Assembly (NCBI GenBank): GCA_040752235.1
Contig: JBFMFJ010000001.1
Location: forward strand, 1 to 36,428
DNA length: 36,428 bases
DNA from: Candidatus Zixiibacteriota bacterium
Lineage (GTDB): Bacteria; Zixibacteria; MSB-5A5; GN15; PGXB01
Direction: 5' to 3'
How positions within the stretch are numbered: position 1 is the first letter of the stretch; every line of letters begins with the position of its first letter. The notes under the pieces were generated by a model. It was given only the letters and a program-made list of their open reading frames with translations. It was not told the origin of the DNA and searched no databases. Below, one piece after another: positions 26,523 through 35,038 of this stretch. The position numbers and the translations under genes are program-made.

Positions 26523-27551
26523 TTAAATACCGGCTTCTGCAATATGACAATACAGATTATACGATTGGATATAGCTGAACTCCGGAGGCAAAGCATTACC
26601 TATTAGCAAAGATATTGATGTTTTTGTGATAGTTTCCGGAAACTTGTAATCGCGCGGAAACGTCTGTAGCAGTGCTGCTTCTCTCGCAGTGATGGCTCTA
26701 TCTTCTACCGGATGCAAGAATCTTCCTTTGGACGGATTCAGGCATCCTCCGGTGATCGTGGACGAATAGTCGTCCCAGGAAAGACGGCCATATATATCGT
26801 TAAAGCCAATGTTGTCTTTGTCATGACAAGCCAATGTGAACTCGGGAATGTCCTTTCGACTTCCACCGTTTTTTGGAACAGCTTTTATTCGTCGCATTAC
26901 ATCCGTTGAATGAGTGGCGACAATTCGATGAATTGGATCGTTAGTGTCCGCAATTGACTCCAAACCGCCGATTGCGTCTCTCACCGTTACTTTCTCTTCG
27001 ACGGGCTCAGGAAACTCAAGTTTACCGAGCAGCGAGCCGATCAATACCAGACGTTTGCGTCGCTGCGGAACACCGTAATCTTGAATATTGAGAATTTCCA
27101 CTTGCGGCTTGTACCCCAAGTTGTCAAGCTCCTTCACAACTCGCTTAAACAGGTAATAATTGACCAAACCCGGAACATTCTCCATCATAATTGTCAGCGG
27201 CTTGAGTCCCTTAACAAATCGCAAGTATTCCAGAACTAGACTGTTACGTGTATCTCTTGTACTTCGCTTTCGGTTCAATCTTCGGACGGAGGAAAATCCC
27301 TGGCACGGTGGGCAACCAGCAAGCAGGTGGAGCGTTTTTCCATTTATCACAGATTTGACTTCAGATATTTTGATATCACGAATATCCCTGTCAAAAACAT
27401 GTGTTTTGGGATGATTAAGTCTGTAAGTTTTTATGGAATCCGAATCGTTATCTAAGGCCGCCACAACCGAAAAACCGGCCTTTCTCATTCCTTCTGAAAG
27501 ACCACCACATCCGGAGAATAAATCCATGGCGTAGTATTTGCTCATACTCAT
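26523..27551 (-). CDS. DNA (cytosine-5)-methyltransferase (second Dcm of the operon)
   Basis: Motifs I DLFSGCGGLSEG, IV GCPPCQGFS, VI MENVPGL, VIII QRRKRLVLIG, X GNALPP. ATGA start/stop overlap with the upstream gene (27548-27551). Confidence 0.9.
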   Translation of the reverse strand: MSMSKYYAMDLFSGCGGLSEGMRKAGFSVVAALDNDSDSIKTYRLNHPKTHVFDRDIRDIKISEVKSVINGKTLHLLAGCPPCQGFSSVRRLNRKRSTRDTRNSLVLEYLRFVKGLKPLTIMMENVPGLVNYYLFKRVVKELDNLGYKPQVEILNIQDYGVPQRRKRLVLIGSLLGKLEFPEPVEEKVTVRDAIGGLESIADTNDPIHRIVATHSTDVMRRIKAVPKNGGSRKDIPEFTLACHDKDNIGFNDIYGRLSWDDYSSTITGGCLNPSKGRFLHPVEDRAITAREAALLQTFPRDYKFPETITKTSISLLIGNALPPEFSYIQSYNLYCHIAEAGI

Positions 27552-28954
27552 CCCGTAGTGGAAAAAAAGTTATTTAACATCGTATCAAAAAGTTCCTTCA
27601 TTGAGGACGGATAATCCGGTACCCCGTAACCTCCCAACACCGAGAAGATGTGTTGCATTACCGGGGTCAGGAATGGTTCCGATAGTGAGCACATTTTCAC
27701 AGTACCCGTCCACGACGCATATTTGAGTGGCGTGTTCTTTCTTTCTTTAAGAGTCATGTCCTTGACGATCTGAGGAATGGGAATACTTAGCGTCTTGATT
27801 TCTTTAGGCACAACCACAAAATTCTTGTAATCCGAGCCGAGTTTCAGAAACGGCAAAATGAACGGACCTTCCGGTAAGCCATCTATATTGCCCGTTAGAT
27901 GCTTTATCCGATGTTGTTTTAGGTTGTCATCATTGACGCATATGGTAAGCATCTCTTTCAGTTTCGAGTTCGACACCTCAAGCGCATTAAGCGGAAGTAC
28001 ATTTATCAGACCCAGATTCTTATGCCAAAATCTTGCCAAATCACAGTCGGCCGATACAACCATGAAGTGTTTACTTTCAATTTCGACGATATCGCCTCTT
28101 CTGACCATTCCGTCAAAGTCGCCAATTGCTGATTCACACGGTAAGTATAACCGATAAGACCATATCCGTTTTAGTAATTCCTTATCGACGGCTGCGCCCT
28201 GTTGCCCTTGATTCGGCACGTCAAGATTAGGCAATTCGGACGTCGTCAGACCCGACCTGAATCTCTCTGCGACAAAATCCACCAGGTCTCTTTTGTCGCC
28301 GGAATCTTCCATGTTGAGATAGTTCTTTAGTTCATTCAAGGTAGCCCTGCCTAGGTCGGACAAAACACCATCCATTACTTGCATGGTCATCCTTCGAAGC
28401 CGTCCGGCAAATCGGAATGAGAAATTGCCGTCATATAGTTCTTTGGCCTTGGTAATGAGAGCATTGGACTGTTCTTCCTCATTCTTTGTCTTGTCCAGAA
28501 AATGCAGCCTTTTCTCGAATTCCTTAAACTCGGGCTTACCCAACACCGCGGTTATCTCGTCTTGCTTATCGGCACCGGAGAAAATGAAAATCAAACAAAA
28601 GGTGCTCTTAAGAATCTGGAGTAATATATCTTCCGAATTGGTACCTGCTCCAAGTCCAACTCCGGGATAGTCCCAATCATACACTATGATGTCAAACCGG
28701 ATGAGCCCGTCTTTTAGACTATTTATCAATAAGGACGGATTGGTTAAACCGTAGACCTCCCACTTATGACTTACTTGGTCTTCTTCTTTCTCATCTAATA
28801 GCGTTTTGATCAGATTCTTAACAACTTCGTCCGTCCACTGTTCTTTGGCAATGAGATAAGCCAAGTTTGAAGAGTTAAGGAGGTCCGTATCCCTCATATG
28901 TTCTGCAGCGGAAGCTGGAATTTTGTCGTCTATTACGCATATTGAATACTGCAT
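27548..28954 (-). CDS. Receiver (REC)-like N-terminal domain fused to unassigned ~300-aa C-terminal region; putative effector partner of the upstream kinase-like protein
   Basis: 468-aa ORF. D9-D10 (ICVIDDK), D93 (IIVYDWDYPG, compare CheY VISDWNMPN), S126 (FIFSGADK) and K155 (FLDKT) reproduce the receiver acid-pocket/phospho-acceptor/Ser-Thr/Lys layout, with an insertion between beta1 and beta3. The C-terminal part (RRGDIVEIESKHFMVVSADCDLARF...) is not recognised. There is a 1-nt gap after the upstream stop. Confidence 0.55.
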   Translation of the reverse strand: MQYSICVIDDKIPASAAEHMRDTDLLNSSNLAYLIAKEQWTDEVVKNLIKTLLDEKEEDQVSHKWEVYGLTNPSLLINSLKDGLIRFDIIVYDWDYPGVGLGAGTNSEDILLQILKSTFCLIFIFSGADKQDEITAVLGKPEFKEFEKRLHFLDKTKNEEEQSNALITKAKELYDGNFSFRFAGRLRRMTMQVMDGVLSDLGRATLNELKNYLNMEDSGDKRDLVDFVAERFRSGLTTSELPNLDVPNQGQQGAAVDKELLKRIWSYRLYLPCESAIGDFDGMVRRGDIVEIESKHFMVVSADCDLARFWHKNLGLINVLPLNALEVSNSKLKEMLTICVNDDNLKQHRIKHLTGNIDGLPEGPFILPFLKLGSDYKNFVVVPKEIKTLSIPIPQIVKDMTLKERKNTPLKYASWTGTVKMCSLSEPFLTPVMQHIFSVLGGYGVPDYPSSMKELFDTMLNNFFSTTG

Positions 28955-28955
28955 A

Positions 28956-31706
28956 CTATTTGTTCCCTTCCGTCTCGCGACTGTCAGGGACGCGGCCGAA
29001 ATCCAACGTAAACTGTGCGCCCGCCATATTTTTGATACGATCGCGCTGACTGGTCAGATATATATCCCCTTTCATTTGCTGCATGTAATAGCGGCAAATA
29101 TACAGTCCAAGGCCGCTGGGCGGGATCCGCATGCTATATCCGGGCTGAAACAGGTATGGCATAATCACGTCGCCGATGCCCGGACCTGAATCGGCCACCG
29201 TGATCATACGGTTGGACTCATCTATTTCAATAACTATTGATCTGTCCTCTATTGTGACGGTTTTCAACCAGTACCAGCTATTGTCGATGAGGTTTGAAAA
29301 TATTTGGATAACCGCTCCATACCTTCCATAAACCGAAAAATCTTGGTTTCCGCCAATCTTTATTTTTATAGATGCCTTTTCGAGCTTGGAGCGATTGATA
29401 TCAATCGTATATCGAATTGCCTTAAGCACACCGAATTGTGTCGGTGATTCGGTTTTTATGGCACGAACGGGACCCAAACGCCTTAATTCCGATTGAAGAG
29501 AGGCTGACGCCTTTTTGAGTTCGTCTAGTTTTTCTTTACTGGGTTGTTTTGCCTTGAGAAGTGTTGTCACTCCGTAGTAAAAGTTCGCGGCAATTTTGGC
29601 GATTTCATGCACCGATACGGCAACCGCCATACCGTATCCGGCCTGTTCGGTAAGCAAGTCCTGGGATTCTTGCAAGAGCTTAATACTCTTTTGAAGGTTT
29701 CTGAGTGAGGTAGAGAGGCTTACCAATCTGTCTTCACGCTTCTCCACTCCGCCCATTGAACCGAGTATATTGTATGGGTCTTTGTCAATCGGATAGTTAT
29801 CCTTAATGCCGTCTATAACTTTTGCGCCCTGCTTGGCATAATCGGCTAACAATTTGGGGTCTCGCACTACACTTTCAGTGAGCTTGCCATACTCCTCGCG
29901 TTTTCCAATAAACCTCACCTCAATAATGGAAGAGATAATGCTGCGAACCAATTTTGTGAGGTCGCTAAACGCCCTGTTGCCGATAAGGCCTTCGCGATCG
30001 GTCTTGTCAACAAGATGAATATTTTGAGTTTGGTCGACTTCGAGATTACCAATCATGTTATAATAGGACATTCGAAAGCCTTGCTTGATGTGAGTTTTGC
30101 TAAGGTCAAGCCAGTCCGTCTCCGCACCCCACTCGGCGGGAAAAATGTTAAGGCCGTCTCTGAATATCGAGATGCCTCCAAATTTCGTCAAGTAGTCTAT
30201 GAAGTTCTTTCCGTCGGGACCGGAGACGGTAACCCACGGAGTCCTCCTGTACCAAACGTCAATATGTAAAAAGAACTGCCCGCAAGCAGGTGTCCGTAGC
30301 GAGGCTCCTTTTCCCAAATCAGCCCAGTAATCCGCCTCAAATTTTCGGAGATCGACATTTTTTTCCTTAAAAGTCTCTCCCGGCATCGGAACCGAGCGTG
30401 GCGGATTGAATTTGAGTTCGTATTGTAGTGCACCCCTTTCATCCACCAATCCATCGAATGAGAAGGTCGCCGGAAACTGATCGACCGGGCTGTCTGTCGG
30501 AAGTTCTCCCAGTTGGGGGCACTCCAAAAATGCATTGAATCCAGTTGTCAGCGATTGTTTACCAGGGGACGGATGTGGCGAATTGAGACCTATCACCGAC
30601 CGATGCAATTCCTCAATTGTGTCCTTGTCCCAATAAAATCCTTCGCGGCCACCGTAAATTACCAATTGCGTACCGGAGTTTGTCGACCCGTAGTCACGGG
30701 ACGGTGATTGTCTGGTCAAAGCAATGCCTACTTTTTCCAGATCCGTAACTTCATTTGGTCTGGTATTGAAGTCATCCCAATCCACTTCAAGAATATATTC
30801 ATAATCCAGATCACTGACTTTGGTTTTTAGCATTAAATGCTTACCAAGTCTGTGTGCGGCGAATCGGCCGACTCCCTTTTCTCCGAGAGGAATTCGACCT
30901 CCGCGTTCCTTTTTAAGCTCTGAAATCAGTCGGTCAAACGTACCCAGCTTGCCGGACTTGGCCGCCTTTTCACGCTCATGTTTGATTTGCTCTTTTACGA
31001 CGGTTTTGATTGTTGACGCGGGACGAAGCCACCCATGTTCGATAACTTCACGCGTCATTCCCGAACCATCATCCTCAATTATGATTACAGGGCCCGGCAG
31101 TTTGGGATATTCCAGTTCGGATTTGTCCAAGCTTCCAAGAGAAGGCACATTTTCGATCCGTATTCGACAATAAGAGGCACCGGCATCGTAGGCGTTCTTA
31201 ATCAACTCAAGTATGCCAACTTTTTCTGAACCGATAAGTTGCTCTCCCAAGACCCGCACTAAATGAGCATCAGCCCGAAAGTTAAGGATTACCTTCCCAT
31301 CCAAGCAGATTTCCTCAAACAAACCCGCTGGGATTTGTCTCACGGCATTCTGTGAATTGTAGTACTTGGATTTTACTTCTCGGATATTCCCCTCCAAGTC
31401 TTTCAGCGGGACAGGTTCCGCAAAGGCTTTGTAATCATCAACTTCCACAAAATAATGACCATGCTCTCGTTTGTCTTCTTTCGGAGCTTGTTTGATCTTG
31501 CCACACCCAAAATAGACGCCTTGCCCGCCCGATCTGGTAGGCTCATAGTAAATGAACTCTACCGGTAGATTTTTGAATTGTCCCAAGTACTTCTTTGGAA
31601 AGTGATACGCACGACCGATGAAGTCGTTGTATCCACTTTCTTCCCTAGACTGTACCAGAACTAAATAGTTTTCTTTCATAAATTTCTCTTGTTTATTTCT
31701 CTTCAT
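28956..31706 (-). CDS. Dual-GHKL protein: unassigned N-domain, MORC/MutL/Hsp90-type ATPase module, and a C-terminal histidine-kinase core (DHp-like H-box plus CA domain)
   Basis: Start moved to MKRNK (ATG 31706), which forms an ATGA overlap with the glycosylase stop. GHKL-1: ELIKNAYDA, IIEDDGSGM, GEKGVGRF (about 30850-31211). HK core: SVHEIAKIA (His codon 29607-29609), N-box FSNLIDNS, G1 VADSGPGIG, F-box LFQPGYS, G2 SGLGLYICR (about 28994-29654). Confidence 0.75.
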   Translation of the reverse strand: MKRNKQEKFMKENYLVLVQSREESGYNDFIGRAYHFPKKYLGQFKNLPVEFIYYEPTRSGGQGVYFGCGKIKQAPKEDKREHGHYFVEVDDYKAFAEPVPLKDLEGNIREVKSKYYNSQNAVRQIPAGLFEEICLDGKVILNFRADAHLVRVLGEQLIGSEKVGILELIKNAYDAGASYCRIRIENVPSLGSLDKSELEYPKLPGPVIIIEDDGSGMTREVIEHGWLRPASTIKTVVKEQIKHEREKAAKSGKLGTFDRLISELKKERGGRIPLGEKGVGRFAAHRLGKHLMLKTKVSDLDYEYILEVDWDDFNTRPNEVTDLEKVGIALTRQSPSRDYGSTNSGTQLVIYGGREGFYWDKDTIEELHRSVIGLNSPHPSPGKQSLTTGFNAFLECPQLGELPTDSPVDQFPATFSFDGLVDERGALQYELKFNPPRSVPMPGETFKEKNVDLRKFEADYWADLGKGASLRTPACGQFFLHIDVWYRRTPWVTVSGPDGKNFIDYLTKFGGISIFRDGLNIFPAEWGAETDWLDLSKTHIKQGFRMSYYNMIGNLEVDQTQNIHLVDKTDREGLIGNRAFSDLTKLVRSIISSIIEVRFIGKREEYGKLTESVVRDPKLLADYAKQGAKVIDGIKDNYPIDKDPYNILGSMGGVEKREDRLVSLSTSLRNLQKSIKLLQESQDLLTEQAGYGMAVAVSVHEIAKIAANFYYGVTTLLKAKQPSKEKLDELKKASASLQSELRRLGPVRAIKTESPTQFGVLKAIRYTIDINRSKLEKASIKIKIGGNQDFSVYGRYGAVIQIFSNLIDNSWYWLKTVTIEDRSIVIEIDESNRMITVADSGPGIGDVIMPYLFQPGYSMRIPPSGLGLYICRYYMQQMKGDIYLTSQRDRIKNMAGAQFTLDFGRVPDSRETEGNK

Positions 31707-32320
31707 GCCCTTGAGTCCACATATTTCCAAAGGTACCAACAGGCAATCGTGCGAAACGGTCTCCATCTATCGGTGATCAGATCAATTTCGTCTTCTCCAC
31801 AATATTCGTCGCCATAAAGCTTTTTAATCGCATTTATAATTCCTTTGTCGGTAGAAGGAAACACATCAGGACGGTGTAGAACGAACATAAGATACATTTG
31901 TGTCGACCAAGGACCAATCCCTTTCACCTGAGTGAGCACCTCTGTAATACGCTCATCTGACATGTTGGACAATCGCCTTAGCCTGATTGAGCCATCTTCA
32001 ATCTGGTGAGTCAGTTCACGAATCGTCTTGGTCTTAGCTTTAGAAACACCAACATTGAACAAGGCTTCATCATTGATTGTGGAGATTCTATCCGTCGTGA
32101 TCGTTTGGTTACCCATTGCCTCTTTTAGATGCTGGAAAATAGTGGCAGCGGCTTTGCTCGACAACTGCTGCCCGACGATAATACGAACCAGTGACTCAAA
32201 CGAATTGTTGCGCCTGTAGACCTTGTAAGGTTCGACGTCTCGTATGATTGTCGAGAGAATCCGGTCTGAATTCTTCAAATGTCGAATCGCGTCAATAACT
32301 AATTTGCGCTCTTTCGTCAT
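31703..32320 (-). CDS. HhH-GPD superfamily DNA glycosylase (AlkA / 3-methyladenine glycosylase II-like)
   Basis: IVGQQLSSKAAATIF and VKGIGPWSTQMYLMFVLHRPDVFPSTDKGI (helix-hairpin-helix, GPD region with catalytic Asp). Start taken at MTKERK (32320), which forms an ATGA overlap with the vsr stop. The ORF track start is 32353. Confidence 0.8.
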   Translation of the reverse strand: MTKERKLVIDAIRHLKNSDRILSTIIRDVEPYKVYRRNNSFESLVRIIVGQQLSSKAAATIFQHLKEAMGNQTITTDRISTINDEALFNVGVSKAKTKTIRELTHQIEDGSIRLRRLSNMSDERITEVLTQVKGIGPWSTQMYLMFVLHRPDVFPSTDKGIINAIKKLYGDEYCGEDEIDLITDRWRPFRTIACWYLWKYVDSRA

Positions 32321-32733
32321 CCTTGTTTCTCTCTGGTTCTTCTGGTCTTCCAAACTGCCATGATTTGCGGAAACCGTTCCCTCAAATCATGCTCCCAATA
32401 TCTAAATATTTTCCAGTCATGGTTTTTGTAATATCGTGATACTTCTCCGTCTCTTCTTCTATTTCGCGATATTTTCTGTTTCCAAAACTCTTTTCTAGTT
32501 TCGGGTAGCTGACAATGTTTCTTGCATCCGTGCCAAAAACAGGAGTCGAGAAATATCACTATCTTGCGAGACTTGAGGAGAATATCCGGTTTGCCGAAGT
32601 AGCCTGAGGGGTTTTTGCGATATCGATATCCGAGTTGCCAAAGAGCTTTGCGAAAATCCACTTCCATTTTGCTGTCGCGATCTCTTATGCGCGACATGAT
32701 CTCGCTTCTCTTAGTTTTACTTACCTTGTCCAT
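32317..32733 (-). CDS. vsr: Very-short-patch repair endonuclease
   Basis: 138-aa ORF with RSEIMSRIRDRDSKMEVDFRKALWQLGYRYRKN, GKPDILLKSRKIVIFLDSCFWHGC and WEHD, which are canonical Vsr blocks. Confidence 0.9.
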   Translation of the reverse strand: MDKVSKTKRSEIMSRIRDRDSKMEVDFRKALWQLGYRYRKNPSGYFGKPDILLKSRKIVIFLDSCFWHGCKKHCQLPETRKEFWKQKISRNRRRDGEVSRYYKNHDWKIFRYWEHDLRERFPQIMAVWKTRRTREKQG

Positions 32734-32736
32734 TCA

Positions 32737-33798
32737 CTAGTTTATCTCCCAATCCTTCGGTAAAGTGATCTTGTCGTATCCCCGGCTCAACATAAACGGT
32801 TTCAATTCCGTACTTGAAGGAAATTCCGCCACGAATTCATTCTCCACATCCCTAAGAAGGGTTTTCCCCAGTTTGTCGCGATACTTTCCGCTCAAACAAA
32901 GATTATACCAATCATCAAGATCGCTCAAAGTTATTATACCCTTGATTCTTTCTCCCCAGCCAACCTGGGCCAGAAGTGACTCAATCGCCTTCTTCTCCGA
33001 ATCCAAACACACTATTACAATTCTGTCGGCGACTATGTCTCCCGCGATATCTTCAACAACCTTGGGGGTCAGAGAAAGATGTTTAACCTGAAAAGCGACG
33101 CCGAAATTCGACCACATATCCAATCCACGATCCGCCGCGTTCGTCACCCCGACACGATAGAGTGCTGCCGGAACCACCGCTTTGGGATTCTCGTCGTCGA
33201 TACCAAGCACCATGCTCAGAAAAGGTCCGAAGTCCCGCAAAATCTCTTTGTCTTCATTCAACACTTCAACGGTAATCTGAGCCTTCAACGCTCTGACAAT
33301 TGAGGTGAACAACGCGTAAACGAAAATCTCATACATTTTGTCCACACTGCGACGCAATCCCGGACTGTTCTGAAAGAGCAAAACGACTTTTTCCAAAGAG
33401 AATTCCGAAGGTGACGAATCGTGAATGTGTTTCTGAATGTCATATACTGAGCCCAGTCGATGCTCAAGACATTTGTAAACGTACGCCTCCACGAACCCCT
33501 TTCCGGCTTTGTTGAGTTGCCCCAAACGCGCGAGAAGTTTTGGTGGCATGGCGTTGGCTTCGAAAACGTTGTCTTGGTATTTTTGGCTTGACGTGCTTTT
33601 TCTTCCCACCAATCGCAACGACACAGCGTCGCGCCACTTCTTGGACACGTTTCTGTATGACTCCAGGTCTTCCAAATCCCAACCGTCTTTTGATCTATGT
33701 TGGAACAAAATCTCCGCAATTTGAATCGGCTTGTATAAGTGCACGCGCGATTTCCTGATAATCGTGTCCAACGCCTTCTTTGCTTTATCAGTGGGCAT
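32737..33798 (-). CDS. Probable type II restriction endonuclease (possibly HaeII-family)
   Basis: 353-aa ORF sandwiched between a Dcm gene (11-nt overlap) and vsr (3-nt gap). The N-terminal RVHLYKPIQIAEIL block resembles what I recall of HaeII-family REases. That subfamily call is from memory and not verified. Confidence 0.55.
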   Translation of the reverse strand: MPTDKAKKALDTIIRKSRVHLYKPIQIAEILFQHRSKDGWDLEDLESYRNVSKKWRDAVSLRLVGRKSTSSQKYQDNVFEANAMPPKLLARLGQLNKAGKGFVEAYVYKCLEHRLGSVYDIQKHIHDSSPSEFSLEKVVLLFQNSPGLRRSVDKMYEIFVYALFTSIVRALKAQITVEVLNEDKEILRDFGPFLSMVLGIDDENPKAVVPAALYRVGVTNAADRGLDMWSNFGVAFQVKHLSLTPKVVEDIAGDIVADRIVIVCLDSEKKAIESLLAQVGWGERIKGIITLSDLDDWYNLCLSGKYRDKLGKTLLRDVENEFVAEFPSSTELKPFMLSRGYDKITLPKDWEIN

Positions 33799-34780
33799 AA
33801 ATTCTCTGTGCTTGTACGGTCGCGAAAATCTCGGCTTGATACATTTCGCTCACCGGTTTTGAATTAAGCGCTTTTACCAACTCCTTCGCCACGGCTTCTA
33901 TCTTGGGAACCACGACGCTGTTCCCCGCTTGCTTGCGAACCTGAGTATCGTTGACCACTATCTTGAATGAGTCGGGGAATCCCTGAAGCCTCAGCATCTC
34001 TCTCGGAGTCAAACGTCGCCTCCCGTTAACGAGCAAATAATTATACGAAGCGTTCGCTCTCAACGCGCATGAAAACGGATGAATGCCTATATTACCGGAT
34101 TTATTCTCGTGCCAAACAGTGGGTTCTTTGGGAATCGTCTTGACTCGTTTCTTCAACTTGTTCTTTATATGGTCGGATATGAAGAACTTCTCACTCACTT
34201 TCTCGTCCGGCTCGAGGATTTCAGCCAAGGATCGCTTCGTGATGCCGCTATTGCCGTTCGGAAATTGGAAAGGCCGATTCTGGTCGAATCCCACTAAAAC
34301 CACCCTTTCCCGTTTCTGGGGCACTCCGAAATCCAGTCCATTGAGAACCTTGTAATGGACGAAATAATCGAGTTTTTCCAGGTGGTCCAAAATCACTTTG
34401 AGAGTTCGCCCTTTGTCGTGCGAGGTCAATTGTCTGACGTTTTCAAGAAGAAACGCTTTTGGGCGTTTCGCTCTTAGAATTCTCTCTATTTCAAAAAACA
34501 ACGTTCCTCTGGTGTCCGCAAAGCCCAAACGTTCACCTATGATACTAAAGGCTTGACAAGGAAATCCGGCGGCTAAAATGTCGTGATCTGGGATATCGTC
34601 GGCATCAACCTTCATGATGTCGCCGACGGGTCGATCTCCGAAATTCGCCTCGTAAGTGTCCTGACAAGACTCGTCCCACTCGCTGGAAAATACGCACGTT
34701 CCACCCGCTCTTTCCAGAGCCAGGCGAATACCACCGATGCCGGCAAAGAGGTCGATGAATGTGTATTTCTTTTTGCTCAT
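33788..34780 (-). CDS. DNA (cytosine-5)-methyltransferase (first gene of the operon)
   Basis: Motifs I DLFAGIGGIRLA, IV GFPCQAFS, VI LENVRQL, VIII QKRERVVLVG, X GNSVVVP. Start taken at MSKKKYTF (ATG 34780, gaaggg upstream) rather than the track's 34813. Confidence 0.9.
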   Translation of the reverse strand: MSKKKYTFIDLFAGIGGIRLALERAGGTCVFSSEWDESCQDTYEANFGDRPVGDIMKVDADDIPDHDILAAGFPCQAFSIIGERLGFADTRGTLFFEIERILRAKRPKAFLLENVRQLTSHDKGRTLKVILDHLEKLDYFVHYKVLNGLDFGVPQKRERVVLVGFDQNRPFQFPNGNSGITKRSLAEILEPDEKVSEKFFISDHIKNKLKKRVKTIPKEPTVWHENKSGNIGIHPFSCALRANASYNYLLVNGRRRLTPREMLRLQGFPDSFKIVVNDTQVRKQAGNSVVVPKIEAVAKELVKALNSKPVSEMYQAEIFATVQAQRIYAH

Positions 34781-34849
34781 GTGGCCCTTCAAAATTACTA
34801 CGCCCAGATACAATTCCAGCGCGTCATAAACAGTTTATCGCATTTATAT

Positions 34850-34878
34850 ATTATACAATGTTTTAAGTCAATTCGCAA
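34850..34878 (-). promoter_or_regulatory. Candidate promoter of the seven-gene R-M/defence operon
   Basis: On the minus strand: TTGCGA (34878-34873), 17-nt spacer, TATAAT (34855-34850) preceded by TG. It lies about 70 nt upstream of the Dcm start. Confidence 0.5.
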
Positions 34879-34937
34879 ATCACTTTTTTACTATTCATTA
34901 CTCTGCATGCAGATAGAACGACGTCGACAACGTTTAA

Positions 34938-34965
34938 GAAAAAAAGGCGGAACAGTAGTCCCGCC
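34938..34965 (-). terminator. Candidate intrinsic terminator after the 87-aa ORF
   Basis: On the minus strand: ggcgg-N10-ccgcc hairpin (34961-34965 / 34946-34950) followed by an 8-nt run of T interrupted by one C (34938-34945 on plus is gaaaaaaa). The stem is short. Confidence 0.4.
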
Positions 34966-35038
34966 CGGAAAGAGCAAAAAATCCGATATAGCCGTTAATC
35001 ATCTCTGCGGGCCGATAATCGCGCTTTTTACGATTCAA

